From positions 1-52,720 of IMG/VR virus record IMGVR_UViG_3300027782_000115: a DNA stretch of 52,720 bases. The stretch is one strand, 5' to 3'. Source of the DNA: a virus (Duplodnaviria; Caudoviricetes). The stretch's first letter is position 1, and every line of letters begins with the position of its first letter. The notes beneath the pieces are model-generated. The model saw only the letters and a list, made by a program, of their open reading frames with translations, made no database searches and was not told the DNA's origin. Positions 24,560-35,181 of the stretch are shown piece by piece. The position numbers and the translations under genes were made by a program.

Positions 24560-25733
24560 TTTTTTGTCCTTTGAGTTCTGTTGGCTTCGTGTCTCCGAGA
24601 TAGATTACACACGGATGTGATCGAATCCAATCTTTTGCCATACTGCTAGTTGGTGGAAAAATATTATTAGTAACTAACATTGTAACATCGTCATCTGACT
24701 TGAACAACCATTTAGCAGGTTTAGATTCAAAAATTAATATCTTACCTGATTCAACTTGACCGCCTACTCCAGCGACCTTAATCCATTCGTTAAGACCATT
24801 ATCCGATTCTTTGGTGTTTCTAAAACACACCTTGATTTCTTCACGTGAAATACCACTACTATCAGCTTCTGCCACAAAATTCTGTAGCCAAGGTAGAGTA
24901 TAGACAGTAGTCCTATCCAATAGCATACAGATCCTTCCGGAAAATAATTTTGTCAACGCAAAAAAATCTCTGTAATTTTTAATCCAGAAAGTGTTTTCAG
25001 AACAACTGGCAATTTTTTCCACTAAATTCATGGGTTTGTCTTGGTATAAAAATCCCATGCTTTTTGCCAACAACAGATCTTTGAGAGGGTCGCTAGCCCT
25101 ATGTGTCGACCACCACTCCTGGGTAGCCTCACTGGTGTTTTTTAATGCCACTCCATAGATTGTGATTTCACTACGAGGAATAATGTCTTCTGAATTTTGC
25201 CAAATTTCTTCAACATCCGCCAAGACATTCATAAATGTATCATCAATTTCAAAATTATGTGTTAAGGCAAATTCATACAAGTGGATTAGATTATAACGAT
25301 AGAAATCTAAGCGTCTGACCTTTTGTTCATGATCCCAAAAACTATGAAAGTTAGTAGTTTGTCCGTTGTCAATTTCGTCTTCGAACTGTTTTTTCAGCTG
25401 ATAAGGAAATTTTAGACAAATTTCTAATTTGTTTTCACGCAGCTCTACATAGATTTTTTTACTAAGGTCGAGAACACGGAATTCTCGGCGCCACTTAAGA
25501 TTTTGCAGCTGGAGTCGATAATCAACACCTGCCATAGCAGACATGGTTTTATATTTTTCTAATAATTTTACGAGGAAATTTGCCTGATTTTTAGTAAGTT
25601 CATTTCCGTTGATGATTTTTTCATGAAAACTTGCAATAGGTGAAAAATCTTGACCCTGTACAGAAATTTTCTGTTGGCTGATAAGATTATAAAACTGGAC
25701 AAATATGTCTTCGGCAAATTCTGATGATAACAT
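24546..25733 (-). CDS. Hypothetical protein
   Basis: 395-aa ORF overlapping the uvsW start. Confidence 0.7.
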   Translation of the reverse strand: MLSSEFAEDIFVQFYNLISQQKISVQGQDFSPIASFHEKIINGNELTKNQANFLVKLLEKYKTMSAMAGVDYRLQLQNLKWRREFRVLDLSKKIYVELRENKLEICLKFPYQLKKQFEDEIDNGQTTNFHSFWDHEQKVRRLDFYRYNLIHLYEFALTHNFEIDDTFMNVLADVEEIWQNSEDIIPRSEITIYGVALKNTSEATQEWWSTHRASDPLKDLLLAKSMGFLYQDKPMNLVEKIASCSENTFWIKNYRDFFALTKLFSGRICMLLDRTTVYTLPWLQNFVAEADSSGISREEIKVCFRNTKESDNGLNEWIKVAGVGGQVESGKILIFESKPAKWLFKSDDDVTMLVTNNIFPPTSSMAKDWIRSHPCVIYLGDTKPTELKGQKIVEL

Positions 25734-25764
25734 TATTCAAGTATACAGCCTAAGATACTGATTG

Positions 25765-26589
25765 TCAACTGAATAATCTTGTGATTGGAGTACCTTGACG
25801 TATTTCTTCCACAGTCCATTCGGTATGACACAATTTCACAAACCAGTCAGTGCGGTCAGGCACATAAGGATTATCTAGTTCCGACCATTTAATACTGAGA
25901 TCTGTAGCTAGGCTGGATTGATCACACAACACCGGAACCCCATTTATGGCTGCTTGAACGGCTGGACCGCTATTGTGGTTCACCACACAGTGGTAATGGT
26001 AGAAAATATCAAAATCGTCATAGGTATTAGGCACTAGTGCAGGCCTCTCTATTATAACTCCAGATTGCTTGAATGGAAAGCTCGAACGAGGATGATACCT
26101 TACTATGATTCTTCTATGAGTATGTTCCTGTATTCTCTTAATAGTGTCGGCAACCCAGTCTTTCATAGCAGGCATACCCTGCCATTGCAGACTTTCTTGA
26201 TGTTGACAGGCGATCAGTATTTCACCACGACGTTTAGTCAAATGAGGTTTTAATTCAATTCCAAGTTTTTTTGATCGACTATGATCTAGATCCTTGTGAT
26301 TGCCAAAAAACCCTAAATTGTTGATATTATTAAGGCTTAACCTCCATGTGTGTCCTCTTTGTAAATTTCCAACTTCTATAATCAATACAGGTTTGTTTTC
26401 ATTGATGCAGTTTTGATAAATCTGTTGGTTAGCTCGCATGCGGCCGGCCCATAATACAGACCAAATCACAGCTACATCTTCATTTTCATTGACAATGGCA
26501 TGTCCTTGTTGCCTAAGCCCCTGTTCTACTGCATCAAACACTGGAGGACTGTTTAAGGCACCGTATTCTCGATATATTTTGAAGCGCAT
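25765..26589 (-). CDS. KpsS/capsule-synthesis-like glycosyltransferase
   Basis: VRYHP, VNHNSGPAVQAAINGVP, C-terminal R..W...L...EW...E...G. Confidence 0.6.
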   Translation of the reverse strand: MRFKIYREYGALNSPPVFDAVEQGLRQQGHAIVNENEDVAVIWSVLWAGRMRANQQIYQNCINENKPVLIIEVGNLQRGHTWRLSLNNINNLGFFGNHKDLDHSRSKKLGIELKPHLTKRRGEILIACQHQESLQWQGMPAMKDWVADTIKRIQEHTHRRIIVRYHPRSSFPFKQSGVIIERPALVPNTYDDFDIFYHYHCVVNHNSGPAVQAAINGVPVLCDQSSLATDLSIKWSELDNPYVPDRTDWFVKLCHTEWTVEEIRQGTPITRLFS

Positions 26590-26639
26590 AATGTTGATAA
26601 ATAATCTACGTAGTTAATATTGCTGTATATTTATAGATT

Positions 26640-27038
26640 ATGAATAAGTTTCAAAAAAGGGTAGGTAAATTGTCTAGAAAAAATACCAATGCTTTGGTAA
26701 TTGGTAAGGCATTTGGTTATTTGACCGAGGTTCTAGGTGTATATGCAAATATATTTGTAATTGATGAAATCTCTACTGGATTAAAAGCTAAAAATCTCAT
26801 ATATAGGGAAAGCATAGATAGATTAACCAGTGTCTCAGATATAGGGGCAATCTTTTTGGATCTAAATGAACTCGACAAATTGGAATCGTTAATGACAGTA
26901 TGGCAAAAAAACAATTCATCGGTATTCATAGAAGGTGATGCTGTGATACCTAGAGAAGTCTCTCTACCTTTATACCAATCCGGATGGAGATGTACCAGTC
27001 TTCAAGGAATATTTCATGTATGGGAACAACAAAAATGA
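26640..27038 (+). CDS. Hypothetical protein, possibly degenerate Rossmann fold
   Basis: First ORF of the + strand block. Confidence 0.6.
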   Translation: MNKFQKRVGKLSRKNTNALVIGKAFGYLTEVLGVYANIFVIDEISTGLKAKNLIYRESIDRLTSVSDIGAIFLDLNELDKLESLMTVWQKNNSSVFIEGDAVIPREVSLPLYQSGWRCTSLQGIFHVWEQQK

Positions 27039-27877
27039 AAATTGCAGTAGTTACAACCTTTCACGAAGAAGGTTTAAAAAAATATGCACAACGAATGATC
27101 AACGGATTCTGTGAAAACTGGCCAGAGGAAATTACTCTGCACATATACCCAGAAAAATGTAATCCCATCGTTAGAAATCATAATCATGTTACCCTATTCA
27201 GTCTCGACGATGTTCAAGAATTAACAGAATTTAAAAACCGGTGGAAGGATGTGCCCAAGGCCAACGGTGATGTCAGTGGTGATCCTGTTAGAGGCGGTCG
27301 CAAGGATGCAAAGAAAGCGTTCAAGTGGCATGCTGTGAGATTCGCACATAAAGTTTATGCTATTTTTCACTGTGCTAAAACAACTGATGCTGATATCTTG
27401 TTATGGATGGATGCCGACATGGTTTGTCACAGTGCAATAACTCGTGAAAAAGTTTTAGAACTATGTTCACCGTCTTTTGATTTATGTTACCTTGGTAGAG
27501 AAGGAAAATACAGCGAATGTGGTCTATATGCCATGAATCTTAGGAGTCCTGCAACAAGAAAATTCTTAGAAACCTTTCAAAAGTATTACGATGATGCAGA
27601 AAATGGAATTTTTACACTCGGCGAATGGCATGACAGTTTTGTGTTTGATGCTGTGAGAAAAACAGTGCCGGAATTAAAACAATTAAACTGGAGTCAGCAG
27701 CTTGGAGACCTACGCCCGTCAAAAACAAATTCAGTAGGAGAGGGGCATCCTTTGATTAATTGTGAATGGGGCGGGTATCTCGACCATCTCAAAGGTGATC
27801 GCAAAGATCACGGTCATAGTTTAAAAACAGATCTCAAAGTTAATAGATCAGAAAAATATTGGAGTACATTTAAATGA
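27035..27877 (+). CDS. GT-A fold glycosyltransferase
   Basis: RFAHKVYA, LWMDAD (DxD), WHDSFVFD, DHLKG. Confidence 0.7.
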   Translation: MKIAVVTTFHEEGLKKYAQRMINGFCENWPEEITLHIYPEKCNPIVRNHNHVTLFSLDDVQELTEFKNRWKDVPKANGDVSGDPVRGGRKDAKKAFKWHAVRFAHKVYAIFHCAKTTDADILLWMDADMVCHSAITREKVLELCSPSFDLCYLGREGKYSECGLYAMNLRSPATRKFLETFQKYYDDAENGIFTLGEWHDSFVFDAVRKTVPELKQLNWSQQLGDLRPSKTNSVGEGHPLINCEWGGYLDHLKGDRKDHGHSLKTDLKVNRSEKYWSTFK

Positions 27878-28524
27878 GAGAAAGTCATGGATTTTGGTTT
27901 CCGGATTATGATGATCATTTTCCTAGGATGCTTGCAAAAAGCCTTAAGAATGACGGAGTGGTTCGATATCAATGGAGGGCTAGAGATTCTGCGATTGCAT
28001 CCTGTGATAACAAAAGAATTTGCATTGATATTGGTGCAAATGTAGGCCTATGGTCTTGCGATCTTGTAAAACAATTTGAAAAAGTTATTGCTTTTGAGCC
28101 AGTTGCTGAATTTAGAGAATGTTTTAAGAAAAACGTAACAGGCAACAACTATGTAATTGAACCAGTGGCACTTGGACGTACCGAATCATTGATAGAAATG
28201 AATATTGTTCAGGGAAATACTGGACACAGTCATATTGATCCTACATCAGTGGGCAAGGGTTCTATTCCTTTAAAGACACTGGACAGTTACCACTACGAAA
28301 ACATTGATTTGATAAAAATAGATGTAGAAGGATTCGAAGAAGAGATCCTTGCAGGTGCAATGCAGACCATTCTTATAAATAAACCAGTAATTGTTGTTGA
28401 ACAACAGAAGCACGAGTACAAAGACGCAATGATCGACAAGCCATCTATTAAAATATTAGAATCTTGGGGTTATCGAGTAGTAGATCAACATAAAAAAGAT
28501 TGGATTTTAAAATGCACAACATAA
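27874..28524 (+). CDS. FkbM-family methyltransferase
   Basis: IDIGANVG, AFEP, IKIDVEGFE. Confidence 0.9.
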   Translation: MRESHGFWFPDYDDHFPRMLAKSLKNDGVVRYQWRARDSAIASCDNKRICIDIGANVGLWSCDLVKQFEKVIAFEPVAEFRECFKKNVTGNNYVIEPVALGRTESLIEMNIVQGNTGHSHIDPTSVGKGSIPLKTLDSYHYENIDLIKIDVEGFEEEILAGAMQTILINKPVIVVEQQKHEYKDAMIDKPSIKILESWGYRVVDQHKKDWILKCTT

Positions 28525-29177
28525 ACAAAAATAATTATTCCATTGATTGTTTTCACAATAGTAATATAATTGGTGAAATGCCAATTCTTCCAATGAAGGG
28601 GAGTTGGCAAAAAGAGAGTAGAAGCATTCTAATAAATCATTCTATTAACCAAGCATCTGTCGCCGGATCTATTTGTGAATTCGGCGTGTTGAAAGGCAGA
28701 ACACTAAATCAAATAGCAGATTTTTTTAAAGAAAATATCGTATTCGGGTTTGATAGTTTCGAAGGATTACCAGAAGCTTGGCATCTTACTGATGACCGAG
28801 TATTTCCAAAAGGACAAATGAGTCTTGGCGGAAATATGCCAGAGGTATTAGAAAACGTAAAATTAGTTAAGGGATGGTATAACGAAACGTTACCGGGATG
28901 GATTCGAGATAATCCGGAACCTATAAAGTTTATTCACATAGACTGCGATCTTTACTCCAGTACTAAAACTATTTTAACTTTACTTAATAGTCAAATTGTT
29001 CAGGGAACAATCCTTCACTTTGATGATTTTTATTGTTGGGGTAATCCTGAAGAATTTACTAAATGGAAAGACGGCGAATATCTTGCTCTACAAGAATGGG
29101 TAACTACTTTTGAACGAGAATTTGAAATTATACACAGAAACAACTATTTTCAGTGTGCTATTAGGATAATAAAATGA
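28512..29177 (+). CDS. TylF/MycF-like O-methyltransferase
   Basis: EFGV..G, FDSFEGLPE, HIDCDLYSS, FDD. Confidence 0.85.
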   Translation: MHNINKNNYSIDCFHNSNIIGEMPILPMKGSWQKESRSILINHSINQASVAGSICEFGVLKGRTLNQIADFFKENIVFGFDSFEGLPEAWHLTDDRVFPKGQMSLGGNMPEVLENVKLVKGWYNETLPGWIRDNPEPIKFIHIDCDLYSSTKTILTLLNSQIVQGTILHFDDFYCWGNPEEFTKWKDGEYLALQEWVTTFEREFEIIHRNNYFQCAIRIIK

Positions 29178-30127
29178 AAGTTAGATTCTTCAGCGATGCT
29201 TATAAAAGTAAAAGAGCCAGTCATAGGCTTCGAGGTGATGTGACTTGTCAAGCATTAGCTGATCAAGGTTACGATGCAAAAGTCCTAACAGACTGGAGTG
29301 AAATTGACGCAAATACCATTGTGGTATTTTTAAAACGCAGTCAACCTCACAGTATCCAACGTGCTAAAGACCTAGGTGCTAAAACTATCTATGATCTATG
29401 TGATAATAAATTTGAAGAAAAAGAAGAATATGAACCTTGTTGTCAACTGGCAGATTTAGTTTCAGTTAACAGTGTGAATATGGGAATCAGCACCAAGCAC
29501 CATACGGGAAAAGACAGCATAGTAATGCCTGATCCCTACGAACGTCCAAAATTGCCGCCTAAATTTAGTCCCAATAAAGAATTAAAATTGCTATGGTTTG
29601 GAAGTCAAAGTAGTTTTAAATTTTTTCCTATAGTTGAATGTTGGCAGAGATTAGAAAAAGAAATTGTAGATTACAAGTTCACTATGGTCAGTGCAAAAAC
29701 TGATAGAGTGCTTAGTAAAATGACTCAACGACAAAACAAAGGTCAAATATCTGGAATTAATTTTAGTAAATTAGATATGCAAGAATGGACCTGGGAACAT
29801 CAGGGAAAATTGTTAACAGAATGTGATATTGTGTTAATGCCTGTAATGACCGATAATCCTAGAACTGATACTAAAAGTGCCAACAGATTAATTGACAGCC
29901 TAATCTCTGGAAAATTTGTAATTACCACTGCATTGGCCAGCTATGAAGAATTTGCACCTTATACTTGGCAAGATGATTATATTGAAGGCATAAAATGGGC
30001 TCTAAAGAATCCAGCAGAAGTACAAGAACGTATTCGCCTGGGACAAGAATATACAGAACAAAACTATTCTGCTCGAGTATTATCGAAAAAATTCATAGAT
30101 GAAGTTAGACATCAATTAGGTATGTAA
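29174..30127 (+). CDS. GT-B fold glycosyltransferase
   Basis: AS.RLRG, IYDLCD, WFG, KSANRL...G..VI. Confidence 0.7.
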   Translation: MKVRFFSDAYKSKRASHRLRGDVTCQALADQGYDAKVLTDWSEIDANTIVVFLKRSQPHSIQRAKDLGAKTIYDLCDNKFEEKEEYEPCCQLADLVSVNSVNMGISTKHHTGKDSIVMPDPYERPKLPPKFSPNKELKLLWFGSQSSFKFFPIVECWQRLEKEIVDYKFTMVSAKTDRVLSKMTQRQNKGQISGINFSKLDMQEWTWEHQGKLLTECDIVLMPVMTDNPRTDTKSANRLIDSLISGKFVITTALASYEEFAPYTWQDDYIEGIKWALKNPAEVQERIRLGQEYTEQNYSARVLSKKFIDEVRHQLGM

Positions 30128-30128
30128 C

Positions 30129-30707
30129 ATGGGAAGTCCTAATGATGTTGTTTATCTAAAAAAAGTATATCCAAATGCAAATGGACCTGTTCTGGAGATA
30201 GGCAGTAAAATTGTCAGTTTTTCTGAATTTAGAAAGAACTACACAACTGTTGAATATGTAGGTGTTGACCTCGAAGAAGGTGATGGAGTCGATGTTGTTT
30301 GTGATTTAACCAAAGATAATCATCCACTACCTAAGAATTATTTTGATCTTGTGATATGCTGTAGCGTTCTTGAACATACGCCAACGCCGTGGCTAATGGC
30401 AAACGTTTTATCTGATTTAATAAGACCTGGTGGAAAATTGTATATCAATAGTCCGTGGGTTTGGAAATATCATAAATATCCTGACGATTATTATAGATAT
30501 AGTTTTAAGGCCATTGAGTTTTTATTCCCTAAGTTTCAATGGTCGCACTATGCTTATTCTACAGAACTATCTGATAGTATTGAATTTGTAGAAAGAGACA
30601 GCGACTTTGATCGACGAAGGGCTTTTATCGAAACACAAGAAGACGGCTCTGTGAAAAAGTATCTTCCATATTCAATGATTAATATGCTTGGAACAAAAAA
30701 TGATTAA
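30129..30707 (+). CDS. SAM-dependent methyltransferase
   Basis: LEIGS, GVD, SVLEH, PGG, H.YP.DYYR. Confidence 0.85.
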   Translation: MGSPNDVVYLKKVYPNANGPVLEIGSKIVSFSEFRKNYTTVEYVGVDLEEGDGVDVVCDLTKDNHPLPKNYFDLVICCSVLEHTPTPWLMANVLSDLIRPGGKLYINSPWVWKYHKYPDDYYRYSFKAIEFLFPKFQWSHYAYSTELSDSIEFVERDSDFDRRRAFIETQEDGSVKKYLPYSMINMLGTKND

Positions 30708-31257
30708 TGAGATAGTACAAGAAAAATTAAAAAATCAGTTACCGGTGAAATTGCATCTTGGTTGCGGTAACAGATATTTTGATGGATATATTAATATAGA
30801 TGGCGACTATATGGCACATGACCCTAATGTTACAATACATGACATTACCAAAGTTTTTCCATTACCGGATAACTGTGTCGATGAAATATTAACAGTACAC
30901 GTAATTGAACACATTAGTAGACAATATATTTTACCTATGTATAAAGAGTTTTATAGAATATGTAAGACTGGTGGTTTTGTGGCAATGGAATGGCCAGACC
31001 TATTAAAAATGTGTCAAGAAGTAGTAAGGAATCCAGATTGTTTTTGGACTCACGACAAACGTTTGTTAAAAAGAACCATTGCTGGTATTTACGGAGATAG
31101 TGCAAGATATCCCGATCCAACCATGCTGCACAAATGGGGATATAGTGCAGACAGCATGAGTAAAATATTCCTTGAAGCTGGATTCAGTAGAATAGAAATA
31201 CAAAATAATCTGCACGGTAAGAGTCCTATTGACAGCAGGGTAGTAGCGTTTAAGTAA
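30700..31257 (+). CDS. SAM-dependent methyltransferase
   Basis: LHLGCG, INID, HVIEH, K.GG. Confidence 0.85.
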   Translation: MINEIVQEKLKNQLPVKLHLGCGNRYFDGYINIDGDYMAHDPNVTIHDITKVFPLPDNCVDEILTVHVIEHISRQYILPMYKEFYRICKTGGFVAMEWPDLLKMCQEVVRNPDCFWTHDKRLLKRTIAGIYGDSARYPDPTMLHKWGYSADSMSKIFLEAGFSRIEIQNNLHGKSPIDSRVVAFK

Positions 31258-31258
31258 T

Positions 31259-32002
31259 ATGGCTGCTCGTATTATTAAAGAACTCCACGGATTTTCTGGC
31301 ACACAAATATTGTTGATGAAAAAACATGATAGGATGTTTGTGAGAAAGACTGGAGATGTTCAACGCAATGTTGAGCGTATGTATGCTCTTTCAGAAAAAT
31401 ATCCATTACCTAAAATTTACGGGTATTCTAAAAATAATTTTGACATGGAGTACATACACAGTTTAGATATTAAAACATATTTAAAAACACATCACTACGA
31501 AAAACTTTTGCAATTCATAGTTAATTTTTTAGAATCATTGTCTGAACGGTCGACGGTTAAAGATTACACACAGGTTTATATAGATAAATTAAATGTTACG
31601 GATTTTTCAGAAATGCCGTTTACAAAAGAAGCTCTATTAGATAAACTACCTAAGATTCTTCCCTGTACAGAATATCACGGAGACCTGACATTAGAAAATA
31701 TCTTATACTCCGAAGATAGAGGATTTTTATTAATAGACTGTCAGACTACTGAATATGATTCTCATATTTTTGACATTGCAAAATTGCGACAAGATTTAGA
31801 ATGCGGTTGGTTCATCCGACATGAGAATACCATGTTAGATGTTAAAACCAAACATATTCAACAAGAATTATTAAAACGATTTCCCGAAGCTGACAACGAC
31901 TATCTATTGATATTGATGTTGTTGCGTGTTTATCGATATTCAAAACCCAAAACTTTTGAAAGACACTTCCTTTTAGATTGGATTAACAAATTATGGAAAT
32001 AA
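31259..32002 (+). CDS. APH/choline-kinase-like phosphotransferase
   Basis: G.SG, HGDLTLEN, LID, DIAKLRQD. Confidence 0.8.
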   Translation: MAARIIKELHGFSGTQILLMKKHDRMFVRKTGDVQRNVERMYALSEKYPLPKIYGYSKNNFDMEYIHSLDIKTYLKTHHYEKLLQFIVNFLESLSERSTVKDYTQVYIDKLNVTDFSEMPFTKEALLDKLPKILPCTEYHGDLTLENILYSEDRGFLLIDCQTTEYDSHIFDIAKLRQDLECGWFIRHENTMLDVKTKHIQQELLKRFPEADNDYLLILMLLRVYRYSKPKTFERHFLLDWINKLWK

Positions 32003-33018
32003 TAATGCCTGCGGCGGGGTTATCAACTAGATTCCCCAACATGCGACCAAAATATACCTTAACTGATTTCACAGGTAAAATGATGTTTGAAAAATCAATT
32101 GCTCCTTTTATAGGCAAACATCACATTACAATAGGTGTGTTAAAAGAGCACGAAGACACATATCATGTGGGGAAATATGCTGAACAAGAGTACGGTGATC
32201 AAATATCAGTAGTTGTACTAGATAATAAAACCGCCGGGCCTGCCGATACAGTTTATCAAATCCTTAAAAAAATTAATTTAAGTTCTGAAGAAGAAATTTT
32301 AATTAAAGATTGCGATAGCTTCTTTGAACATGATTATCAAGAAGGAAATTATGTTTGTGTTTCAAATATAAAATATCATGAAATTTTAAAACGATTAGGG
32401 TCAAAGAGTTTTGTAATTACTAACGATCAAGGAATTATTAATTCTATAATTGAAAAACAAGTAGTATCTGATAAATTTTGCGTAGGAGGTTATAAATTTG
32501 AAAGTGCAGACCTGTTCATCGATGCTTTTGAAAAATTAACTAATGCCCGCGTTAAAGAAATATTTGTTAGCCATATTATTGAAAAATGTCTAAACAATAA
32601 ACATATATTCAAAGAAAGTCTAGTTAGTAACTATATAGATGTTGGCACTGCTGAAGAATGGTTTGAATACAACGACAAGGCAGTTATCTTCTGTGACATA
32701 GACGGGACATTAGTAAAGGCCCAACCAAGGCATGCATACTTCCAAGATCCCGAGCCTCTTACAAAAAATATACAACGTATTAAAGAAATGATAGCCAATG
32801 GTAGTGTTGTTATCTTTACCACAGCAAGACCTAAAACTGTAGAAGTTAGAACTCAACAGATGTTAGAGAGCCTCGGCTTTAAAAATTTTCAATTGATCTC
32901 TGGCTTGCCAAATACCAAAAGAATTTTAATAAATGACTATAACGAAGCAAATCCGTTCCCCAGAGCTATTGCTGTAAATATCAAACGTGATCACGAAACC
33001 CTAGGAGACTATTTATAA
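31993..33018 (+). CDS. Sugar-phosphate nucleotidyltransferase fused to HAD phosphatase
   Basis: PAAGLSTRF..PK, DCD, DVGT; C-terminal DIDGTL, TTAR, IND. Confidence 0.8.
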   Translation: MEIIMPAAGLSTRFPNMRPKYTLTDFTGKMMFEKSIAPFIGKHHITIGVLKEHEDTYHVGKYAEQEYGDQISVVVLDNKTAGPADTVYQILKKINLSSEEEILIKDCDSFFEHDYQEGNYVCVSNIKYHEILKRLGSKSFVITNDQGIINSIIEKQVVSDKFCVGGYKFESADLFIDAFEKLTNARVKEIFVSHIIEKCLNNKHIFKESLVSNYIDVGTAEEWFEYNDKAVIFCDIDGTLVKAQPRHAYFQDPEPLTKNIQRIKEMIANGSVVIFTTARPKTVEVRTQQMLESLGFKNFQLISGLPNTKRILINDYNEANPFPRAIAVNIKRDHETLGDYL

Positions 33019-33884
33019 TGTTAGCTATTTTTTATACCGGTGATGTAAGACATAATACTGAAATTGCCTATGCAAATCATAAAAAATTATTTGACGAGAT
33101 TGAAAAAATAATACCTATCAAAGTGTATTTTTTTACAAGAGATGATCCTGAAAGAGGAATATGCCCCTACGATCCGCCTGAACAAATAGATCACGATAAT
33201 AGCTATAGACGAGGTTACGGCGGTGCTGTGCAACTTTGGGATTTCTTAAGGGGTGTACAAAGAACCACAGAACCGTACGTAATGCGTGTACGTACAGACT
33301 TATGGTTTACTGAATCTGCAATAGAAATAATTTGTAACGAAATCAAAGAATTAATTGCAGGTCAAGGTGATATTTTTTACTTTGGCAGTGATTGGATTAA
33401 TCAAAATGCCGGATTGGTTTATAACAAATCGCCGGTGTATGCTGAAGTAGATAAGACTATACAAGACTTTATGATCTTGGCAAGTAGAGACAAATTAGTT
33501 CCCTTTGATGAGTGCATAGAAAATGTAAACCAGATAGTACCCAATAAAAGAAGAAGTGGCAATAAGATGTTTAGATATATAATTCGCTTTAATAATATCA
33601 AAGGTGAGGAAGGATCAACTACAAGAGTACAGTATTCAAAACCTTTTAGGATTCTTTGTCAAATTTGGCTGATAAGAAAAACCTATACTGAATCTCCTAC
33701 TGACAATGAAGTTTGTAAAGATTATATTCAAAGTTATATTGCAGATGATAAAGCAAAAGTGGGTAAGAAGAATTACATCTATCCTCATCCCATGCAAGAT
33801 GCTGTAAATTGGTGGCGAGCACAACAAGGTTGGGACAAAAAAGAAATTACGGTAGGAGAATGGTGGACATGGCAATCGGAATAA
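33018..33884 (+). CDS. Hypothetical glycan-related protein
   Basis: TGDVR...Q.WDF...RVRTD; similar pattern to the next ORF. Confidence 0.6.
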   Translation: MLAIFYTGDVRHNTEIAYANHKKLFDEIEKIIPIKVYFFTRDDPERGICPYDPPEQIDHDNSYRRGYGGAVQLWDFLRGVQRTTEPYVMRVRTDLWFTESAIEIICNEIKELIAGQGDIFYFGSDWINQNAGLVYNKSPVYAEVDKTIQDFMILASRDKLVPFDECIENVNQIVPNKRRSGNKMFRYIIRFNNIKGEEGSTTRVQYSKPFRILCQIWLIRKTYTESPTDNEVCKDYIQSYIADDKAKVGKKNYIYPHPMQDAVNWWRAQQGWDKKEITVGEWWTWQSE

Positions 33885-34552
33885 TTCAGATAGGTCTTAA
33901 AAGATTTTATGATACTGCTAAACCAAATCATAAAAAATTATATGATACTCTCAATAAAAGATACGGAATAACAGTATACGATTTTTATCGTGATACAACC
34001 GATCCCAAGTGTCCATTTTACCAAAGTGGTAAGGTACAGGTTTATGATTTTTTAAAAGCAAAAAATCATGTCAAAGAAGAAGTTTTTATTAAAGTTAGAT
34101 CTGATGCTTATTTCACTCGTACCTCCATAGACATCATTTGCAAAGAAATTGATAATATTATTGCAGGCGAATCCGACATTGTGTTTATGGGCATTGATTT
34201 TATGAATGACTATGCCGAAATACATAAACGAGAAGATGCTAGGACTGTTCACGGTCACAAAGTTACAGACTTTGTAGTAGTGGCTAGAAAAGATAAGGTT
34301 GCCGATACTGATGAAATTATAGATTTATTAAGTCATAGTGTTAAAGATAAAAGTGGGAATAAAACATATAATTTAATTTTAACCCATGATGCTATAGCCA
34401 AGAAAGTCAGTACCCAAATTTATATTCTTAGAAAAGAATACTCAGAATGTGACAATTGGCAAATATACTGGGACTGGTGCAGTCAGTACCGAAAATCTCC
34501 AGTAGCTCAAGATTGGGTAAAGAATAATGCAGATACAATTAGGAGTTTTTAA
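33869..34552 (+). CDS. Hypothetical glycan-related protein, probable paralog of the upstream gene
   Basis: G.KR...QVYDF...KVRSD.YFT..SI.IIC.EI...IAG..DI shared with 33018-33884. Confidence 0.6.
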   Translation: MAIGIIQIGLKRFYDTAKPNHKKLYDTLNKRYGITVYDFYRDTTDPKCPFYQSGKVQVYDFLKAKNHVKEEVFIKVRSDAYFTRTSIDIICKEIDNIIAGESDIVFMGIDFMNDYAEIHKREDARTVHGHKVTDFVVVARKDKVADTDEIIDLLSHSVKDKSGNKTYNLILTHDAIAKKVSTQIYILRKEYSECDNWQIYWDWCSQYRKSPVAQDWVKNNADTIRSF

Positions 34553-35181
34553 TGCCAAGTGCATATTACTTACAAAGTGTAGAACTAGGAAAACAATTCC
34601 AACTGAATAACAGCAGCTGGGGTGGAGACGATTGTAAAAATTATCACAATCAGATTAGAGTCCTGATGGACAAATACAATGCTAAAACTGTTTTAGATTA
34701 TGGCTGTGGCAAAGGTAGACAATATACAAATATAGTTTCATACGGAATGCCGCACGATCAAGTAACAGAACCAATGACATTTCAAACTAGGATAAATGCA
34801 GAAAGTGTTTATAAGTTTGATCCCTGCGTAAAAGAATTTGAAATAGAACCCATAGGACAGACATTCGATGCTGTTATTTGCACACAGGTATTAGGCAGTA
34901 TTCCCGATGTTGATATGCTCTGGTTGAGTGATAAGTTAATGAACTATGCTACTAAATTTGTATTCATAGGTCTACATAAACCAGACAAACCTGTAAAATC
35001 TAAAAAACGAATGTACGATGCTAACTGGATAACATATCCTAGAAGCATAGAATGGTATCAAGAACAATTTGCTAATTGGACTGGTCCAGACTTATATTGG
35101 TGGTTTAGAGATACCGTGCATCCGGCCAATGATTGGTATTCAATAGAAAAAGGAGGTCTCGCAGATGAAAGTAGGATTTAA
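34552..35181 (+). CDS. SAM-dependent methyltransferase
   Basis: VLDYGCGKG, FDP, FDAVIC; related to 21658-22221. Confidence 0.8.
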   Translation: MPSAYYLQSVELGKQFQLNNSSWGGDDCKNYHNQIRVLMDKYNAKTVLDYGCGKGRQYTNIVSYGMPHDQVTEPMTFQTRINAESVYKFDPCVKEFEIEPIGQTFDAVICTQVLGSIPDVDMLWLSDKLMNYATKFVFIGLHKPDKPVKSKKRMYDANWITYPRSIEWYQEQFANWTGPDLYWWFRDTVHPANDWYSIEKGGLADESRI

